Below are positions 26,033 to 37,345 of a stretch of DNA of 64,000 nt, one piece after another. The notes below the pieces were generated by a model that was not told where the DNA came from, did not search any database, and saw only the letters and a list, made by a program, of their open reading frames with translations. Each line of letters starts with the position of its first letter. Within the stretch, counting starts at the first letter, position 1. The stretch lies in the NCBI GenBank assembly GCA_022601345.1, contig JAJACU010000019.1, positions 112,474-176,473 of the forward strand, written 5' to 3'. The position numbers and the translations under genes were made by a program. This stretch comes from Chlamydiota bacterium (GTDB taxonomy: Bacteria > Chlamydiota > Chlamydiia > Chlamydiales > JAAZZY01).

Positions 26033-29000
26033 ATGTTAAAAAAGCCACCTCAAAGAAAAGGTTTTAAAGAGAAAGAAGAGATCATTGATTTACCTAATTT
26101 GATCGAAGTTCAACTTAAATCCTACAATGAGTTTCTCCAAGCAGACAAATTACCCATTGAAAGAGAAAATGTAGGATTACAGGAAGTCTTCAATGAAGTT
26201 TTTCCTATTAAAACCTACAACGACAAAACAATCTTAGAATTTTTATCTTATAGCTTGGGATCTCCTAAATACACTGCTGATGAGTGTATTCGTAGAGGAA
26301 TTACGCTAAACGTAGTACTTAAAGCTCGGTTCAGATTAACAGATGAAACGGGGATTAAAGAAGAAGAAGTCTATATGGGAACAATTCCTATAATGACTGA
26401 CAAAGGCACATTCATAATAAATGGCGCTGAAAGAGTTGTTGTATCGCAACTACATAGATCTCCAGGAATTTCATTTGAAAAAGAGAAACATCCTAAAGGT
26501 ATAAACCTATATACCTTCAAAATTATTCCTTATAGAGGAAGTTGGTTAGAATCAATTTCTGATCCTAACGACTTTATTTACATTTATATCGACAGAAAGA
26601 AGCGAAGAAGAAAAATCTTAGCTACTTCATTTATACGTACATTAGGTTATTCGTCTGATGCAGATATTTTAGAAGAGTTCTTTAGTACAAGAAAAGTGAA
26701 AATTAAGTCTGAAAAAGACTTTGTTCAACTGGTAGGAAAAATTCTTGCTGAAGATGTAGTTGATGAAGGATCAGGAGTTTTCTTTGGTAAAGCTGCTGAA
26801 AAATTAACAACTGCGATGTTGAAGAGAATGTTAGATGCCGGCATTAAAATGGTAAGAATAGCTGAAGATGCTGATGAGACTTCTCCTATTATCAAAATGC
26901 TTGCAAAAGATACATCTGATTCATATGAATCTGCGTTAAAAGATTTTTATCGTAAAATTAGACCCGGTGAGCCTGCAACATTATCGAATGCTCGATCATT
27001 AATGATGCGACTTTTCTTTGACCCAAAACGTTATAATTTAGGGAGAGTTGGTCGCTACAAGCTAAATACTAAACTCGATTTCCCAGTCAATGATGAAACT
27101 CTTGAAAACGTTACGTTAACAAAAGAAGATATCATTGAAGCTCTCAAATATCTTATCAAACTTAAAGCTGGTGATGAATCAACCTATATAGATGATATTG
27201 ATCATTTAGGAAACAGACGTGTTAGATCAGTTGGTGAATTAATTCAGAACCAATGTCGTGTGGGTCTAGCTAAGATGGAAAAAATCATTCGTGAGAGAAT
27301 GAACCTATTTGATTTTTCATCAGACACATTAACTCCAGGTAAAATTGTTTCTGCAAAAGGCCTAGCTGGCATTTTAAAGGATTTCTTTGGCCGCTCACAG
27401 TTATCACAATTTATGGATCAGGTAAACCCTGTAGCTGAGCTTACGCACAAAAGACGACTTTCAGCTTTAGGACCTGGTGGATTAAATAGAGAAAGAGCTG
27501 GTTTTGAAGTTCGTGATGTTCACCCAAGTCATTATGGAAGAATCTGTCCAACAGAGACTCCTGAAGGACCAAACATTGGTTTGATCACTTCTCTTGCTGC
27601 ATATGCAAAAATTAACGAGTTTGGTTTTATTGAAACGCCTTACTTAGTTGTTAAAGACGGTGTAGTTACAGAAGAGATAGAATACTTAACTGCTGACCAA
27701 GAAGAAAAATGTATTATTGCTCAAGCTTCAACAGTGTTAGATGAGTACAGAATGTTCAAAGAAACCTTATGTGGAGCTCGCCATCGCGGTGAACCTATAG
27801 AGGTAGAAGCTGAAAAGATCACTCATATGGATGTTTCATCCAAACAGTTAGTTTCAATTGTAACGAGTTTGATACCTTTCCTTGAACACGATGATGCTAA
27901 CCGTGCCCTTATGGGAACTAACATGCAACGTCAAGCTGTTCCTCTACTTAAAACCGAGTCTCCAGTTGTTGGAACAGGTGTTGAGATTAGAGCTGCTCGA
28001 GATTCTAGAGCTGTTGTTGTCGCGGATGAAGACGGTGTAGTGAAAAGTGTTGATGGACATAAAATTACAATTGCACCTAAGAAAAACCTTGCTGAAGAAA
28101 AAAACTATCTTTTGAAGAAGTTCTTACGTTCAAATAATGGAACTGCAATTAATCAAACTCCAATATGTAATGTTGGTGACAAAATTAATGCCGGTGATAT
28201 TATCGCTGACGGTGCAGCTACTGATAGAGGTGAAATTGCACTTGGTAAAAACGTTCTAGTTGCATTCATGCCATGGCGTGGTTACAACTATGAGGATGCT
28301 ATTATCATCTCAGAAAGGCTTGTAAAAGAAGATTACTACACATCTCTTTATCTTGAAGAATTTGAAGTAACAGCGCGTGATACAAAGCTCGGAAAAGAAG
28401 AAATTACTAGAGATATTCCAAACGTTTCTGAAGAAGCTCTCGCTAATTTAGGAGAAGACGGAATTATCCGAGTAGGTGCCGAAGTTAAATCTGGTGATAT
28501 CTTAGTAGGTAAAATCACTCCTAAGACTGAAACGGAATTAGCCCCTGAAGAAAGATTGCTAAGAGCAATTTTTGGTGAAAAAGCTGCTGATGTTAAAGAC
28601 GCTTCACTGACTGTTCCTCCAGGAACTGAAGGTGTAGTTATGGATGTTAAAGTTTTCAGTAGAAGAGATAGGCTTTCAAAAACTGATGACGAGTTAGTCG
28701 AAGAAACTAACAGACTTAAAGACATCCACAAAGAATACAAACTTAAGCTTGATCAGCTTTATGACGAAAGAAGAGACAGACTTGGCGCACTTCTTATGAA
28801 TGAGAAAGCTCCTGGTCCTATAGTTCATCGTAAAACTGCTGAAATAGTAATTGATGATCAAGAAGTCATTACGCAAGATAAACTAGGTTTACTTGAAGAT
28901 GAGAGTGTTGAAAACCTTATCATGCAAGAAAACGAAATCTACAGACTATTGAAAGCAATTTTAAGAGATTTCGAAGTTAATCTAGATAAACTTGAAGTAC

Positions 29001-29794
29001 AAAAGAAAAGTGATCTTGAATACACAAGAAAAGGTGATACTGAATTAGACCCAGGCGTTATTAGACAAGTAAAAGTTTATATTGCTACTAAGCGTAAGCT
29101 TCAAGTAGGTGATAAAATGGCAGGGCGTCATGGTAACAAAGGTGTTGTTTCTTGTATCGTACCTGAAGCAGATATGCCTTATATGGATAATGGACAACCC
29201 ATTGAAATTATCCTTAACCCTCTTGGTGTACCTTCTCGTATGAACATTGGTCAGTTACTTGAAACTCAGTTAGGTTTTGCAGCTAAAAGAGCTGGAATCC
29301 ACATTAAGTCTCCAGTATTCGAAGGCTATCCAGAGGACGAAATCTGGCAAATGATGCGTGAGCAGAATTTAGAAGAAACAGGTAAGTTCCACTTATGTGA
29401 TGGAAGAAGTGGTGAGTTATATGACAGCAAAGTTGTTGTTGGATATATTTACATGCTTAAACTTGCTCACCTTGTAGCTGACAAAATACATGCAAGATCA
29501 ATTGGACCTTACTCTCTTGTAACGCAGCAACCTTTGGGTGGTAAAGCTCAGATGGGTGGACAGCGTTTTGGAGAGATGGAAGTATGGGCTTTAGAGGCAT
29601 ATGGTGTAGCTCACCTCCTCCAGGAGATGTTAACCGTTAAGTCTGATGATGTAGCAGGACGTACTCGTATCTATGAATCGATTGTTAAGGGTGAAAACTT
29701 GCTTGAAGCAGGAACGCCTGAATCGTTCAATGTACTTGTAAAAGAAATTCAAGGTTTAGCGTTGAACATTCAAGCTAAATCTTTAGAAGAATAG
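26033..29794 (+). CDS. rpoB: DNA-directed RNA polymerase beta subunit
   Basis: 1253 aa. Conserved blocks throughout, for example [30 protein letters not shown] and [10 protein letters not shown]. Confidence 0.99.
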   Translation: MLKKPPQRKGFKEKEEIIDLPNLIEVQLKSYNEFLQADKLPIERENVGLQEVFNEVFPIKTYNDKTILEFLSYSLGSPKYTADECIRRGITLNVVLKARFRLTDETGIKEEEVYMGTIPIMTDKGTFIINGAERVVVSQLHRSPGISFEKEKHPKGINLYTFKIIPYRGSWLESISDPNDFIYIYIDRKKRRRKILATSFIRTLGYSSDADILEEFFSTRKVKIKSEKDFVQLVGKILAEDVVDEGSGVFFGKAAEKLTTAMLKRMLDAGIKMVRIAEDADETSPIIKMLAKDTSDSYESALKDFYRKIRPGEPATLSNARSLMMRLFFDPKRYNLGRVGRYKLNTKLDFPVNDETLENVTLTKEDIIEALKYLIKLKAGDESTYIDDIDHLGNRRVRSVGELIQNQCRVGLAKMEKIIRERMNLFDFSSDTLTPGKIVSAKGLAGILKDFFGRSQLSQFMDQVNPVAELTHKRRLSALGPGGLNRERAGFEVRDVHPSHYGRICPTETPEGPNIGLITSLAAYAKINEFGFIETPYLVVKDGVVTEEIEYLTADQEEKCIIAQASTVLDEYRMFKETLCGARHRGEPIEVEAEKITHMDVSSKQLVSIVTSLIPFLEHDDANRALMGTNMQRQAVPLLKTESPVVGTGVEIRAARDSRAVVVADEDGVVKSVDGHKITIAPKKNLAEEKNYLLKKFLRSNNGTAINQTPICNVGDKINAGDIIADGAATDRGEIALGKNVLVAFMPWRGYNYEDAIIISERLVKEDYYTSLYLEEFEVTARDTKLGKEEITRDIPNVSEEALANLGEDGIIRVGAEVKSGDILVGKITPKTETELAPEERLLRAIFGEKAADVKDASLTVPPGTEGVVMDVKVFSRRDRLSKTDDELVEETNRLKDIHKEYKLKLDQLYDERRDRLGALLMNEKAPGPIVHRKTAEIVIDDQEVITQDKLGLLEDESVENLIMQENEIYRLLKAILRDFEVNLDKLEVQKKSDLEYTRKGDTELDPGVIRQVKVYIATKRKLQVGDKMAGRHGNKGVVSCIVPEADMPYMDNGQPIEIILNPLGVPSRMNIGQLLETQLGFAAKRAGIHIKSPVFEGYPEDEIWQMMREQNLEETGKFHLCDGRSGELYDSKVVVGYIYMLKLAHLVADKIHARSIGPYSLVTQQPLGGKAQMGGQRFGEMEVWALEAYGVAHLLQEMLTVKSDDVAGRTRIYESIVKGENLLEAGTPESFNVLVKEIQGLALNIQAKSLEE

Positions 29795-29827
29795 AAAGTT
29801 AAAAATTAATCTTTTCAGGAGATAAGA

Positions 29828-32800
29828 ATGCAAGAACAGGATCTTCAGGAAACTGGATTTGATAAGATTACAATTGGAATAGCATCAGATGATACTATTC
29901 GTAGTTCATGGTCTCGCGGCGAAATAAAAAAACCGGAGACAATCAACTACAGAACTTTTAAGCCAGAAAAAGGCGGCCTTTTTTGCGAAAAAATATTTGG
30001 TCCTACCAAGGACTGGGAATGTGCTTGTGGAAAGTACAAAAAAATTAAGCATAAAGGTATTGTTTGTGATCGTTGTGGAGTAGAAGTTACTTTATCAAAA
30101 GTTCGTCGTGAAAGAATGGCGCATATTGATTTGGCTGTACCCGTAGTCCATATTTGGTTCTTCAAAACAATGCCATCTAGGATTGGTAATGTTTTAGGGC
30201 TATCTGGTGGAGAGTTAGAAAAGATTATTTACTATGAAGAATACGTTGTTATAGACCCAGGTGAAACTGAACTTGATAGAAAACAACTTCTTAATGATAT
30301 CGAGTACCGAGAAGCTGTTGAACGTTGGGGCGCAGGCTCTTTCAAAGCTCAAATGGGTGCTGAGGCTATAAGAGACCTTCTACAAACTGAAGACCTGAAG
30401 ATTATCCTCCAAGAACTGAAGACTAAGTTGAGAAAGACTAAGTCAATGCAAGCTAGGATGAAAATTGCTAAAAGGTTAAAAATTGTTGAAAGTTTCTTGT
30501 CTTCCAATAATAACCCTGATTGGATGGTTCTAGGCTGTGTTCCTGTCATTCCACCAGACCTTAGACCTTTAGTACCGCTAGATGGCGGTAGGTTTGCAAC
30601 TTCAGATTTAAATGATTTATATAGACGCGTTATAAATAGAAATAACCGTTTGAAATCTATTTTGAAGTTAAAGACACCTGATGTCATTATCAGAAACGAA
30701 AAAAGAATGCTTCAAGAAGCAGTTGATGCTCTTTTTGATAATGGTAGACACGGTCATCCAGTTATGGGTGCAGGTAATAGACCCTTAAAATCTTTATCTG
30801 AAATGTTGAAAGGTAAGACTGGGCGTTTTAGACAAAACCTTTTGGGTAAACGTGTTGACTATTCAGGACGTTCTGTAATTATGGTTGGACCCGATCTTAA
30901 ATTTAACCAGTGTGGTTTACCAAAACAAATGGCTCTAGAGCTTTTTGAGCCTTTTATTGTAAAGCGCTTAAAAGATCTTGGACATGTGTATACAATTAGA
31001 TCTGCAAAGAAAATGATTCAGCGACAAGACGAAGTCGTTTGGGATGTTCTTGAAGAGATTATCAAAGGTCACCCAGTACTTCTAAACCGTGCTCCTACGC
31101 TGCACCGTCTAGGTATCCAAGCTTTCGAGCCGATACTAATTGAAGGTAAAGCTATTAGAATTCACCCACTAGTCACTAAAGCATTCAATGCTGACTTTGA
31201 TGGGGATATGATGGCAGTGCACGTTCCGTTGTCTGTAGAGGCTCAAATAGAAGCCAAAGTGCTGATGATGTCTCCAGACAATATTTTCTTACCTTCATCG
31301 GGTAAACCGGTGGCTATTCCTGGACAGGATATGACCCTAGGACTCTACTATCTTATGCTAGATCCTTTATACGATCCAGAAGTCTACGGGAAGAAAGTTA
31401 AAGTTTTTAAAGACATGGACGAAGTGCATTTAGCACTTTATGCAGCTGAAAGTTTCAGCGTCCCAACAGATGAAACTAAAAGCGAAGTGATTCAAAAGAA
31501 CACTGGTAGAGGACTTCATATTCACGAAAGAATTAAAGTTCGTTTAAAATCAGGTATTATTGAAACAACACCTGGACGTGTTATTTTCAATAGAATTGTT
31601 CCAGAGAAGCTTGGTTTCCAAAATTATTGTCTACCTTCAAAAAGAGTTGAGCAACTTATTTTGGATTGTTACAAAAAAGTTGGTTTAGAAGAAACTGTAC
31701 GCTTCCTTGATAACTTGAAAAATTTAGGATTTAAAGAAGCAACTAAATCTGCTATTTCAATGGGTGTTTGCGATATTCCTATTCCAGATAGTAAAGAAGC
31801 CTCAATCAATGCTGGTCATAAGAAAGTTGAAGCTGTTAAAAAACAGTATGAAGACGGAATTATAACTGACGGTGAACGTAAATCTAAAGTTATTACAACT
31901 TGGACTGAAGTTACAGATAAAATTTCAGATGAGCTCTTTGGAAGAATTCAAGAAGTTAAGCATTGTCAGATGAATCCATTGTTTATGATGTTGGATTCAG
32001 GTGCTCGTGGTAACAAATCTCAGGTAAAACAGCTTGGAGCATTAAGAGGACTAATGGCTAAACCTTCGGGAGCTATTATTGAATCACCAATTACTTCAAA
32101 CTTTAGAGAAGGTTTGACCGTACTTGAGTATTCAATTTCTTCTCACGGTGCTCGTAAAGGTCTATCGGATACTGCTCTTAAAACTGCTGACTCAGGTTAT
32201 CTAACTAGAAGACTTGTAGATGTAGCTCAAGAAGTAATTGTAACTGATTTTGATTGTGAAACTTTAAACGGAATTGAAGTTTTAGCGATTAAGCAAGGTC
32301 AAGAAGAACTGTTGCCAATAGAAGATCGTATCTATGGAAGAGTTGTTTGTGATGATTTATACCAACCAGGTGATAAAACTAAACTACTTGCTAAAGGTGG
32401 AGATTTAATCTCTCACAAGCAAGCAAAAGTAATAGCTGATGCTGGAATTGATAGTATCAAACTAAGATCACCACTAACTTGTGAAGCAAAGTTAGGTGTA
32501 TGTTCTATGTGTTATGGAACAAACCTTGCAAATGGAAAACTTGTGGGTGAAGGTGAAGCTGTTGGTATTATTGCAGCCCAGTCGATCGGGGAACCAGGAA
32601 CGCAGCTTACGATGAGAACTTTCCACCTTGGTGGTATTGCTTCTGCAAGTGCTTCTCCTGAACTTATTGCTGAAATGGATGGTATAGTTGTCTTTGAAGA
32701 TGTACGTACTGTTGAGAATGAACATGGAGATGTTCTAGTTCTGAATAAGAATGGGGCACTTCACATTGTAAAAGATGAAAATAGACCTTTAGAAGAATAT

Positions 32801-33988
32801 AAAGAGCTTCTAAAAACAAAATCTATTGAACCTCAGCAAACATTTATGCTTGAACTTGGATCTAAAGTCCTAATTCAAGATGGTGTTCCTGTTAAAAAGG
32901 GCAGCAAAATAGTTGAATGGGAACAACATAATGTACCTATTATTTGTGACCGCCCAGGATATGTTAAATATGAAGATTTAGTAGAAGGTTTATCTACTGA
33001 AAAAGACGTGAACAAGAAAACAGGTCAGATTGAGTATGTTGTGAAGCAACATCGTGGAGAACTGCACCCTGAAATTGCGATCTACAGTGACAAAGAATTT
33101 ACTGACCTTGTAGGAAGCTATTCTCTTCCTGCTGCGGCTGTGATTTCAGTTTCTGAAGGAGATTACTCTCATGCAGGTGCAATTTTAGCACGTATTCCTC
33201 GCGGAGCAATCAAAACTAAGGATATTACCGGTGGTCTACCTCGAGTAGCAGAGCTATTTGAAGCAAGAAGACCAAAAATGGCTTCTGAGATTGCCAAAAT
33301 TGACGGTATTGTTGACTTCAAAGGAGTTCAAAAGAACAAACGTATAGTTTCTGTACGCGATGAAGTTACAATGATGGAAGAAGAACACCTTATTCCACTA
33401 TCAAAGCACTTGATTGTACAAAAAGGAGATCATGTTGTTAAAGGACAACAGCTTACTGATGGTCTAGTTGTTCCACATGAAATCTTAGAAATCTGTGGTG
33501 TGCGAGAACTTCAGCGCTATATTGTGAACCAGGTACAAGAAGTTTACCGTTTACAAGGTGTTGATATTAACGATAAACACGTAGAGATTATTGTACGCCA
33601 GATGCTAAGGAAAGTTAGAATTAGCGATCCAGGTGATACTACATTCTTGTACGGTGAAGATGTGAATAAAAAGGATTTCCACTTAGAAAATGAAAAAGTC
33701 ATTGAAGAAGGTGGAAAACCAGCACAATCATTCCCAATCCTTTTAGGTATTACTAAGGCATCCCTTGGTACGGATTCATTCTTATCTGCTGCATCATTCC
33801 AAGATACTACACGTATCTTAGCGGAAGCTGCGTGTGAGGCTAAGACGGATTACTTATTAGGTTTCAAAGAAAACATAATCATCGGACACATAATTCCTGG
33901 TGGAACAGGTTTCCACTTCCACAAGAAGACAAAGGAACATGTGACGATGGAACATGATGATGACTTAGTATTTGACTTTGTAAGTTAA
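29828..33988 (+). CDS. rpoC: DNA-directed RNA polymerase beta' subunit
   Basis: 1386 aa. Zinc-binding CACGKY...CDRCGVEV, the catalytic NADFDGDMMAVHVP, and further conserved blocks. Confidence 0.99.
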   Translation: MQEQDLQETGFDKITIGIASDDTIRSSWSRGEIKKPETINYRTFKPEKGGLFCEKIFGPTKDWECACGKYKKIKHKGIVCDRCGVEVTLSKVRRERMAHIDLAVPVVHIWFFKTMPSRIGNVLGLSGGELEKIIYYEEYVVIDPGETELDRKQLLNDIEYREAVERWGAGSFKAQMGAEAIRDLLQTEDLKIILQELKTKLRKTKSMQARMKIAKRLKIVESFLSSNNNPDWMVLGCVPVIPPDLRPLVPLDGGRFATSDLNDLYRRVINRNNRLKSILKLKTPDVIIRNEKRMLQEAVDALFDNGRHGHPVMGAGNRPLKSLSEMLKGKTGRFRQNLLGKRVDYSGRSVIMVGPDLKFNQCGLPKQMALELFEPFIVKRLKDLGHVYTIRSAKKMIQRQDEVVWDVLEEIIKGHPVLLNRAPTLHRLGIQAFEPILIEGKAIRIHPLVTKAFNADFDGDMMAVHVPLSVEAQIEAKVLMMSPDNIFLPSSGKPVAIPGQDMTLGLYYLMLDPLYDPEVYGKKVKVFKDMDEVHLALYAAESFSVPTDETKSEVIQKNTGRGLHIHERIKVRLKSGIIETTPGRVIFNRIVPEKLGFQNYCLPSKRVEQLILDCYKKVGLEETVRFLDNLKNLGFKEATKSAISMGVCDIPIPDSKEASINAGHKKVEAVKKQYEDGIITDGERKSKVITTWTEVTDKISDELFGRIQEVKHCQMNPLFMMLDSGARGNKSQVKQLGALRGLMAKPSGAIIESPITSNFREGLTVLEYSISSHGARKGLSDTALKTADSGYLTRRLVDVAQEVIVTDFDCETLNGIEVLAIKQGQEELLPIEDRIYGRVVCDDLYQPGDKTKLLAKGGDLISHKQAKVIADAGIDSIKLRSPLTCEAKLGVCSMCYGTNLANGKLVGEGEAVGIIAAQSIGEPGTQLTMRTFHLGGIASASASPELIAEMDGIVVFEDVRTVENEHGDVLVLNKNGALHIVKDENRPLEEYKELLKTKSIEPQQTFMLELGSKVLIQDGVPVKKGSKIVEWEQHNVPIICDRPGYVKYEDLVEGLSTEKDVNKKTGQIEYVVKQHRGELHPEIAIYSDKEFTDLVGSYSLPAAAVISVSEGDYSHAGAILARIPRGAIKTKDITGGLPRVAELFEARRPKMASEIAKIDGIVDFKGVQKNKRIVSVRDEVTMMEEEHLIPLSKHLIVQKGDHVVKGQQLTDGLVVPHEILEICGVRELQRYIVNQVQEVYRLQGVDINDKHVEIIVRQMLRKVRISDPGDTTFLYGEDVNKKDFHLENEKVIEEGGKPAQSFPILLGITKASLGTDSFLSAASFQDTTRILAEAACEAKTDYLLGFKENIIIGHIIPGGTGFHFHKKTKEHVTMEHDDDLVFDFVS

Positions 33989-34015
33989 ATGCAGAGATAC
34001 AGAGATCCAATGAAG

Positions 34016-34046
34016 GCCCTTGCAAGTTTTGCAGGGGCTTTTTTTT
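34016..34046 (+). terminator. Rho-independent terminator of the rpoBC operon
   Basis: Stem GCCCTTGCA (34016-34024), loop AGTTT, stem TGCAGGGGC (34030-34038), then T8 (34039-34046). Confidence 0.75.
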
Positions 34047-34052
34047 ATCCAA

Positions 34053-34697
34053 TTAAGGTGAAAGCTGCTTAATTATCCAGCTGCCATTTTCTTTTTGGTA
34101 GCAGTAGCGAATGTTAATGCGTCCTTGCCCACCTTGCCAAAATTCAATTTTGGTAGGGTCAAGTAGAAACCCTCCCCAGTAGTCAGGAATAGGGAGCTCT
34201 TTCCCTTTATATTGGGATTCGAATTGCTCAATACTCTCAACAATTTCCTTTAGAGAATTGATTTCCTGGTCTTGCTTAGAAGAGAGGGCAAGGAGTTGAT
34301 TGAGACGAGGTCTTGAGTAATAGTATTTTGAAGATTCAGATTTAGGTAGTTTAGATACATTTCCTTCAATTGACATTTGTCTATTTAGACTTGGCCAATA
34401 GAAAGTTAGGGCCGCTTGGGGATTTTCTTCAATATCTAGCCCTTTTTTACTTTTGTAATTACTAAAAAAGGTAAATCCTTGCTGACTCATGTATTTGAGT
34501 AAAACTGTGCGGGCTGTAACGCGCCCTTCTTTTGAAGAAGTTGAGAGCGTCATGGCATTGCCATCAAGAATATCTTTTTCTTTGACTTCTTGCAGCCAGC
34601 TTGCGCAAAGCTCAATTGGATCTTCTGGGAGATCCTTTTTTGTTATGGTTATCTCATCTTCTCTAAATGTACGTCTGAAATCTGAAAAATCTATCAT
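34053..34697 (-). CDS. pdxH: Pyridoxamine/pyridoxine 5'-phosphate oxidase
   Basis: 214 aa. Contains FTFFSNYKSKKG..IEENPQAALTFYW..LNRQMSIEG...YYYSRPR...IEFWQGG..R, the PNPOx pattern. Confidence 0.9.
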   Translation of the reverse strand: MIDFSDFRRTFREDEITITKKDLPEDPIELCASWLQEVKEKDILDGNAMTLSTSSKEGRVTARTVLLKYMSQQGFTFFSNYKSKKGLDIEENPQAALTFYWPSLNRQMSIEGNVSKLPKSESSKYYYSRPRLNQLLALSSKQDQEINSLKEIVESIEQFESQYKGKELPIPDYWGGFLLDPTKIEFWQGGQGRINIRYCYQKENGSWIIKQLSP

Positions 34698-35668
34698 TAG
34701 GCTTTTTGAATTTTTTCTTGAATAAACTGTTCGAGTTTAATTAAATCTGCAGTGAACTTTCTAATTCCTTCAGCTAGTTTTTCTATGCCCATAGCATTGT
34801 CATTTAATGCAAACCTAAATGACTTTTCATCAAATAGTAATTTTTTAATATCAGATTCTTTAGCTTTTTCGATATGAAGTTTTTGTGGAAGCTCACCTTC
34901 TGAACTTTGAAGTTCTTCTAAAAACTTAGGCGCAATTGTTAAAAGGTCGCAGCCGGCAAGTTCAGTAATTTCTCCAACGTTTCTAAAGCTTGCTCCCATG
35001 ATTTCAGTATTATATCCAAACTTTTTGTAGTAATTAAAAATTTCAGTTACTGACTTGACACCTGGATCCTCTGCTGGAGCGTAGCTCTCTTTATTTTCAC
35101 TTTTCTTATACCAATCCATAATGCGCCCAACAAACGGTGAAATTAGTGTTGCATTCACTTCTGCTGCAGCAATAGCCTGTGGCATGCTAAACATAAGGGT
35201 CATATTACAATGAATACCTTCTTTTTCGAGCTGTTCAGCTGCCTTTATTCCTTCCCATGTGGAGGCCAGTTTAATAAGAATGCGTTCTCTATCAATACCC
35301 GCTTTTTCATACATAGAGATTAGTTTATGGCCTTTATCAATACTTCCTTGTATGTCAAATGAAAGACGTGCATCTACTTCTGTTGAGACTCTTCTTGGAA
35401 CTATCTTTAAGATCTCGCATCCGAAATTTACCATGAGTTTGTCAATAATATGGCCTTTTTGAGAATCAAAGTCTTGTGCTTTAGATTGACCATACTGAAT
35501 CGCTTCTTCAACTAGGCTCTGGTATTCCATTTGTTCAGTTGCTGCTTTAAAAATGAGAGAAGGGTTTGTTGTTGCGTCTGTAGGCTGGTATTTCTTTATA
35601 GAGTTGAAGTCTCCAGTATCAGCAACAACAGTTGTCATTTCTTTCAGTTTATCTAGTTTATTGGCCAT
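34697..35668 (-). CDS. tal: Transaldolase (TalB type)
   Basis: 323 aa. The N-terminus [32 protein letters not shown] is nearly identical in pattern to E. coli TalB. Confidence 0.95.
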   Translation of the reverse strand: MANKLDKLKEMTTVVADTGDFNSIKKYQPTDATTNPSLIFKAATEQMEYQSLVEEAIQYGQSKAQDFDSQKGHIIDKLMVNFGCEILKIVPRRVSTEVDARLSFDIQGSIDKGHKLISMYEKAGIDRERILIKLASTWEGIKAAEQLEKEGIHCNMTLMFSMPQAIAAAEVNATLISPFVGRIMDWYKKSENKESYAPAEDPGVKSVTEIFNYYKKFGYNTEIMGASFRNVGEITELAGCDLLTIAPKFLEELQSSEGELPQKLHIEKAKESDIKKLLFDEKSFRFALNDNAMGIEKLAEGIRKFTADLIKLEQFIQEKIQKA

Positions 35669-35738
35669 AAGTTCCTCAGAAAATTTGCTAAAATGAATAT
35701 ATTTTTTATTATATCACGCGGATATTTAAAGGCTAGAG

Positions 35739-36131
35739 TTAAGGCAGTTTCTGTTTACTTAAGGACAATCCATTGAGAGTGTCTACTCTAAAGCCTATAG
35801 AAGTTTTTTCTCCTCCAACATTAAGCTCAAGTACAGAACTGAGCCTTGTTAAAAGAAGTTGAAAGGGGATTTTTACTTGGTGGGGTCCAACATCAATTGC
35901 AATTGAGGCTTGTCCAAATATACTTTTAGATTCTTGAATTTGTTTACAAAGTGCCTCAAACTGCCTGAGCTGTTCTAGGATTTGCTCACCCAATAGATAT
36001 TTTTTTTTGCACTTTTCACACTTGATCGTCTTAGATAAGTTTTGGTTTTCTAAAACTGAAAAGAAGACAGGGGAGTTACATTCTCTACACTTAAACTCAA
36101 GATTTGCATCACTATTTTTTGTTGTGCTCAT
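35739..36131 (-). CDS. Hypothetical protein with an N-terminal zinc-ribbon (CxxC...CxxC)
   Basis: 130 aa. Contains CRECNSPV...(21 aa)...CEKCKKKY. It is the positional equivalent of the small hypothetical gene next to tal in Chlamydia, as I recall. Confidence 0.55.
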   Translation of the reverse strand: MSTTKNSDANLEFKCRECNSPVFFSVLENQNLSKTIKCEKCKKKYLLGEQILEQLRQFEALCKQIQESKSIFGQASIAIDVGPHQVKIPFQLLLTRLSSVLELNVGGEKTSIGFRVDTLNGLSLSKQKLP

Positions 36132-36191
36132 ATACTAACGTTGTTTTCTTCCAGCTTATATTTATTGTTGATATTTTTCAATCATTTCAAA

Positions 36192-37325
36192 TTAAAGCTC
36201 AACGTTTGTTCCTAAAGCATGTTCTGGGGCTGCTATCGAATGAACTAAAACTATGTTTTGTTCTATATCTGGATATTTGCCTTGAAAGCTGTGCTCTTTA
36301 ATAAACAAATGAACTTCACTAGCAAAATCTTGTAGTTCTTTCCAAAGTGTTTTTTCTTGTTTTTTTTCATAGTCAGCCAATAATTGCTCTAGCTTTTCTC
36401 CCATTTTGAAAGCCGTTTTTACGAGATTATTTTGTCCTCTGGTTTTGGCTAAGTTTCCTGCTGCTACTGTCAAAAAGTTAGTGTAGACTTTTCTAAATCC
36501 ATTAGCTTTCGATTGGAACTCTGAAAGAGCATTTGTGCGCACCTTTAGTTCTTCTTTAATTTCCCTATAAATAATTGAGCTATATACATCTGAGCTTGTG
36601 CTCGATTTAGGTAGAACGTTTTTATACCAGTGATCAAAGGTTCTAGGGTGTGTTAGTTTGGCGTCCTCTTTGGAGCAATAGTATTTTCTTTCATTAAGTA
36701 TACAAAAATTTTCTTTCAGTTGCTCATTCCACTGGTTTCTAATTTCCCATGAGCTAAAAAATCTTCCTTTGACTTTTGTAACCGTATCTTCAGAATGTAC
36801 TAGGTAAGCTCCAAAGTTTTTATATCTGTAAGGCTGTTTATCAAAATCTGTCGCTTCTTCTTCACAAACTGAAAGAATATCTTTTGTCATGAGCTCAGCA
36901 AAGTAATTGATTGCTTGTTTGCAAACTACAAACCTCTCTCTATTAACTGGATTTTTATTGTTAAAGTCACACTTGGGGAGATGTTTTTCATGAGTTGTAA
37001 AGGGTAAATAGCTTAAAAATGTTTCAAAATGGCTTTTGCCCTCTGGGTATTCATAGTGTTCCATTGCTGAAAAAATGAATTTGGAAATATTGGAAACATT
37101 TATTGCAATTCTTGCTAGGGTAAATACTAACTGACTTAGCTGGGTTTCTCCATGCTGGTTTAAGTTAAGGACCTCGTTTAATAACTTAGAAAGATCTTCT
37201 GGTGTAGTTCCCTTTATATCTAAAATATTTTGATAAAGCTTTTGTAATGGTGCACAATTAGAAAGAGCTGAAGAGGCAAAGTTTATTTCTGGTGCACCAA
37301 CCCTTGCTGAAATGTCATTTGTCAT
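36192..37325 (-). CDS. Hypothetical protein, paralog A of a tandem pair (four conserved Cys)
   Basis: 377 aa with no signal peptide. It shares blocks with the adjacent 292-aa ORF: LSNCAP, RERFVVCKQAINYFAE..KDILS and QWNEQLKENFCILNERKYYCSKE....HPRTFDHW. Confidence 0.6.
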   Translation of the reverse strand: MTNDISARVGAPEINFASSALSNCAPLQKLYQNILDIKGTTPEDLSKLLNEVLNLNQHGETQLSQLVFTLARIAINVSNISKFIFSAMEHYEYPEGKSHFETFLSYLPFTTHEKHLPKCDFNNKNPVNRERFVVCKQAINYFAELMTKDILSVCEEEATDFDKQPYRYKNFGAYLVHSEDTVTKVKGRFFSSWEIRNQWNEQLKENFCILNERKYYCSKEDAKLTHPRTFDHWYKNVLPKSSTSSDVYSSIIYREIKEELKVRTNALSEFQSKANGFRKVYTNFLTVAAGNLAKTRGQNNLVKTAFKMGEKLEQLLADYEKKQEKTLWKELQDFASEVHLFIKEHSFQGKYPDIEQNIVLVHSIAAPEHALGTNVEL

Positions 37326-37345
37326 ATCTGTTTTGTTATTTTCTT

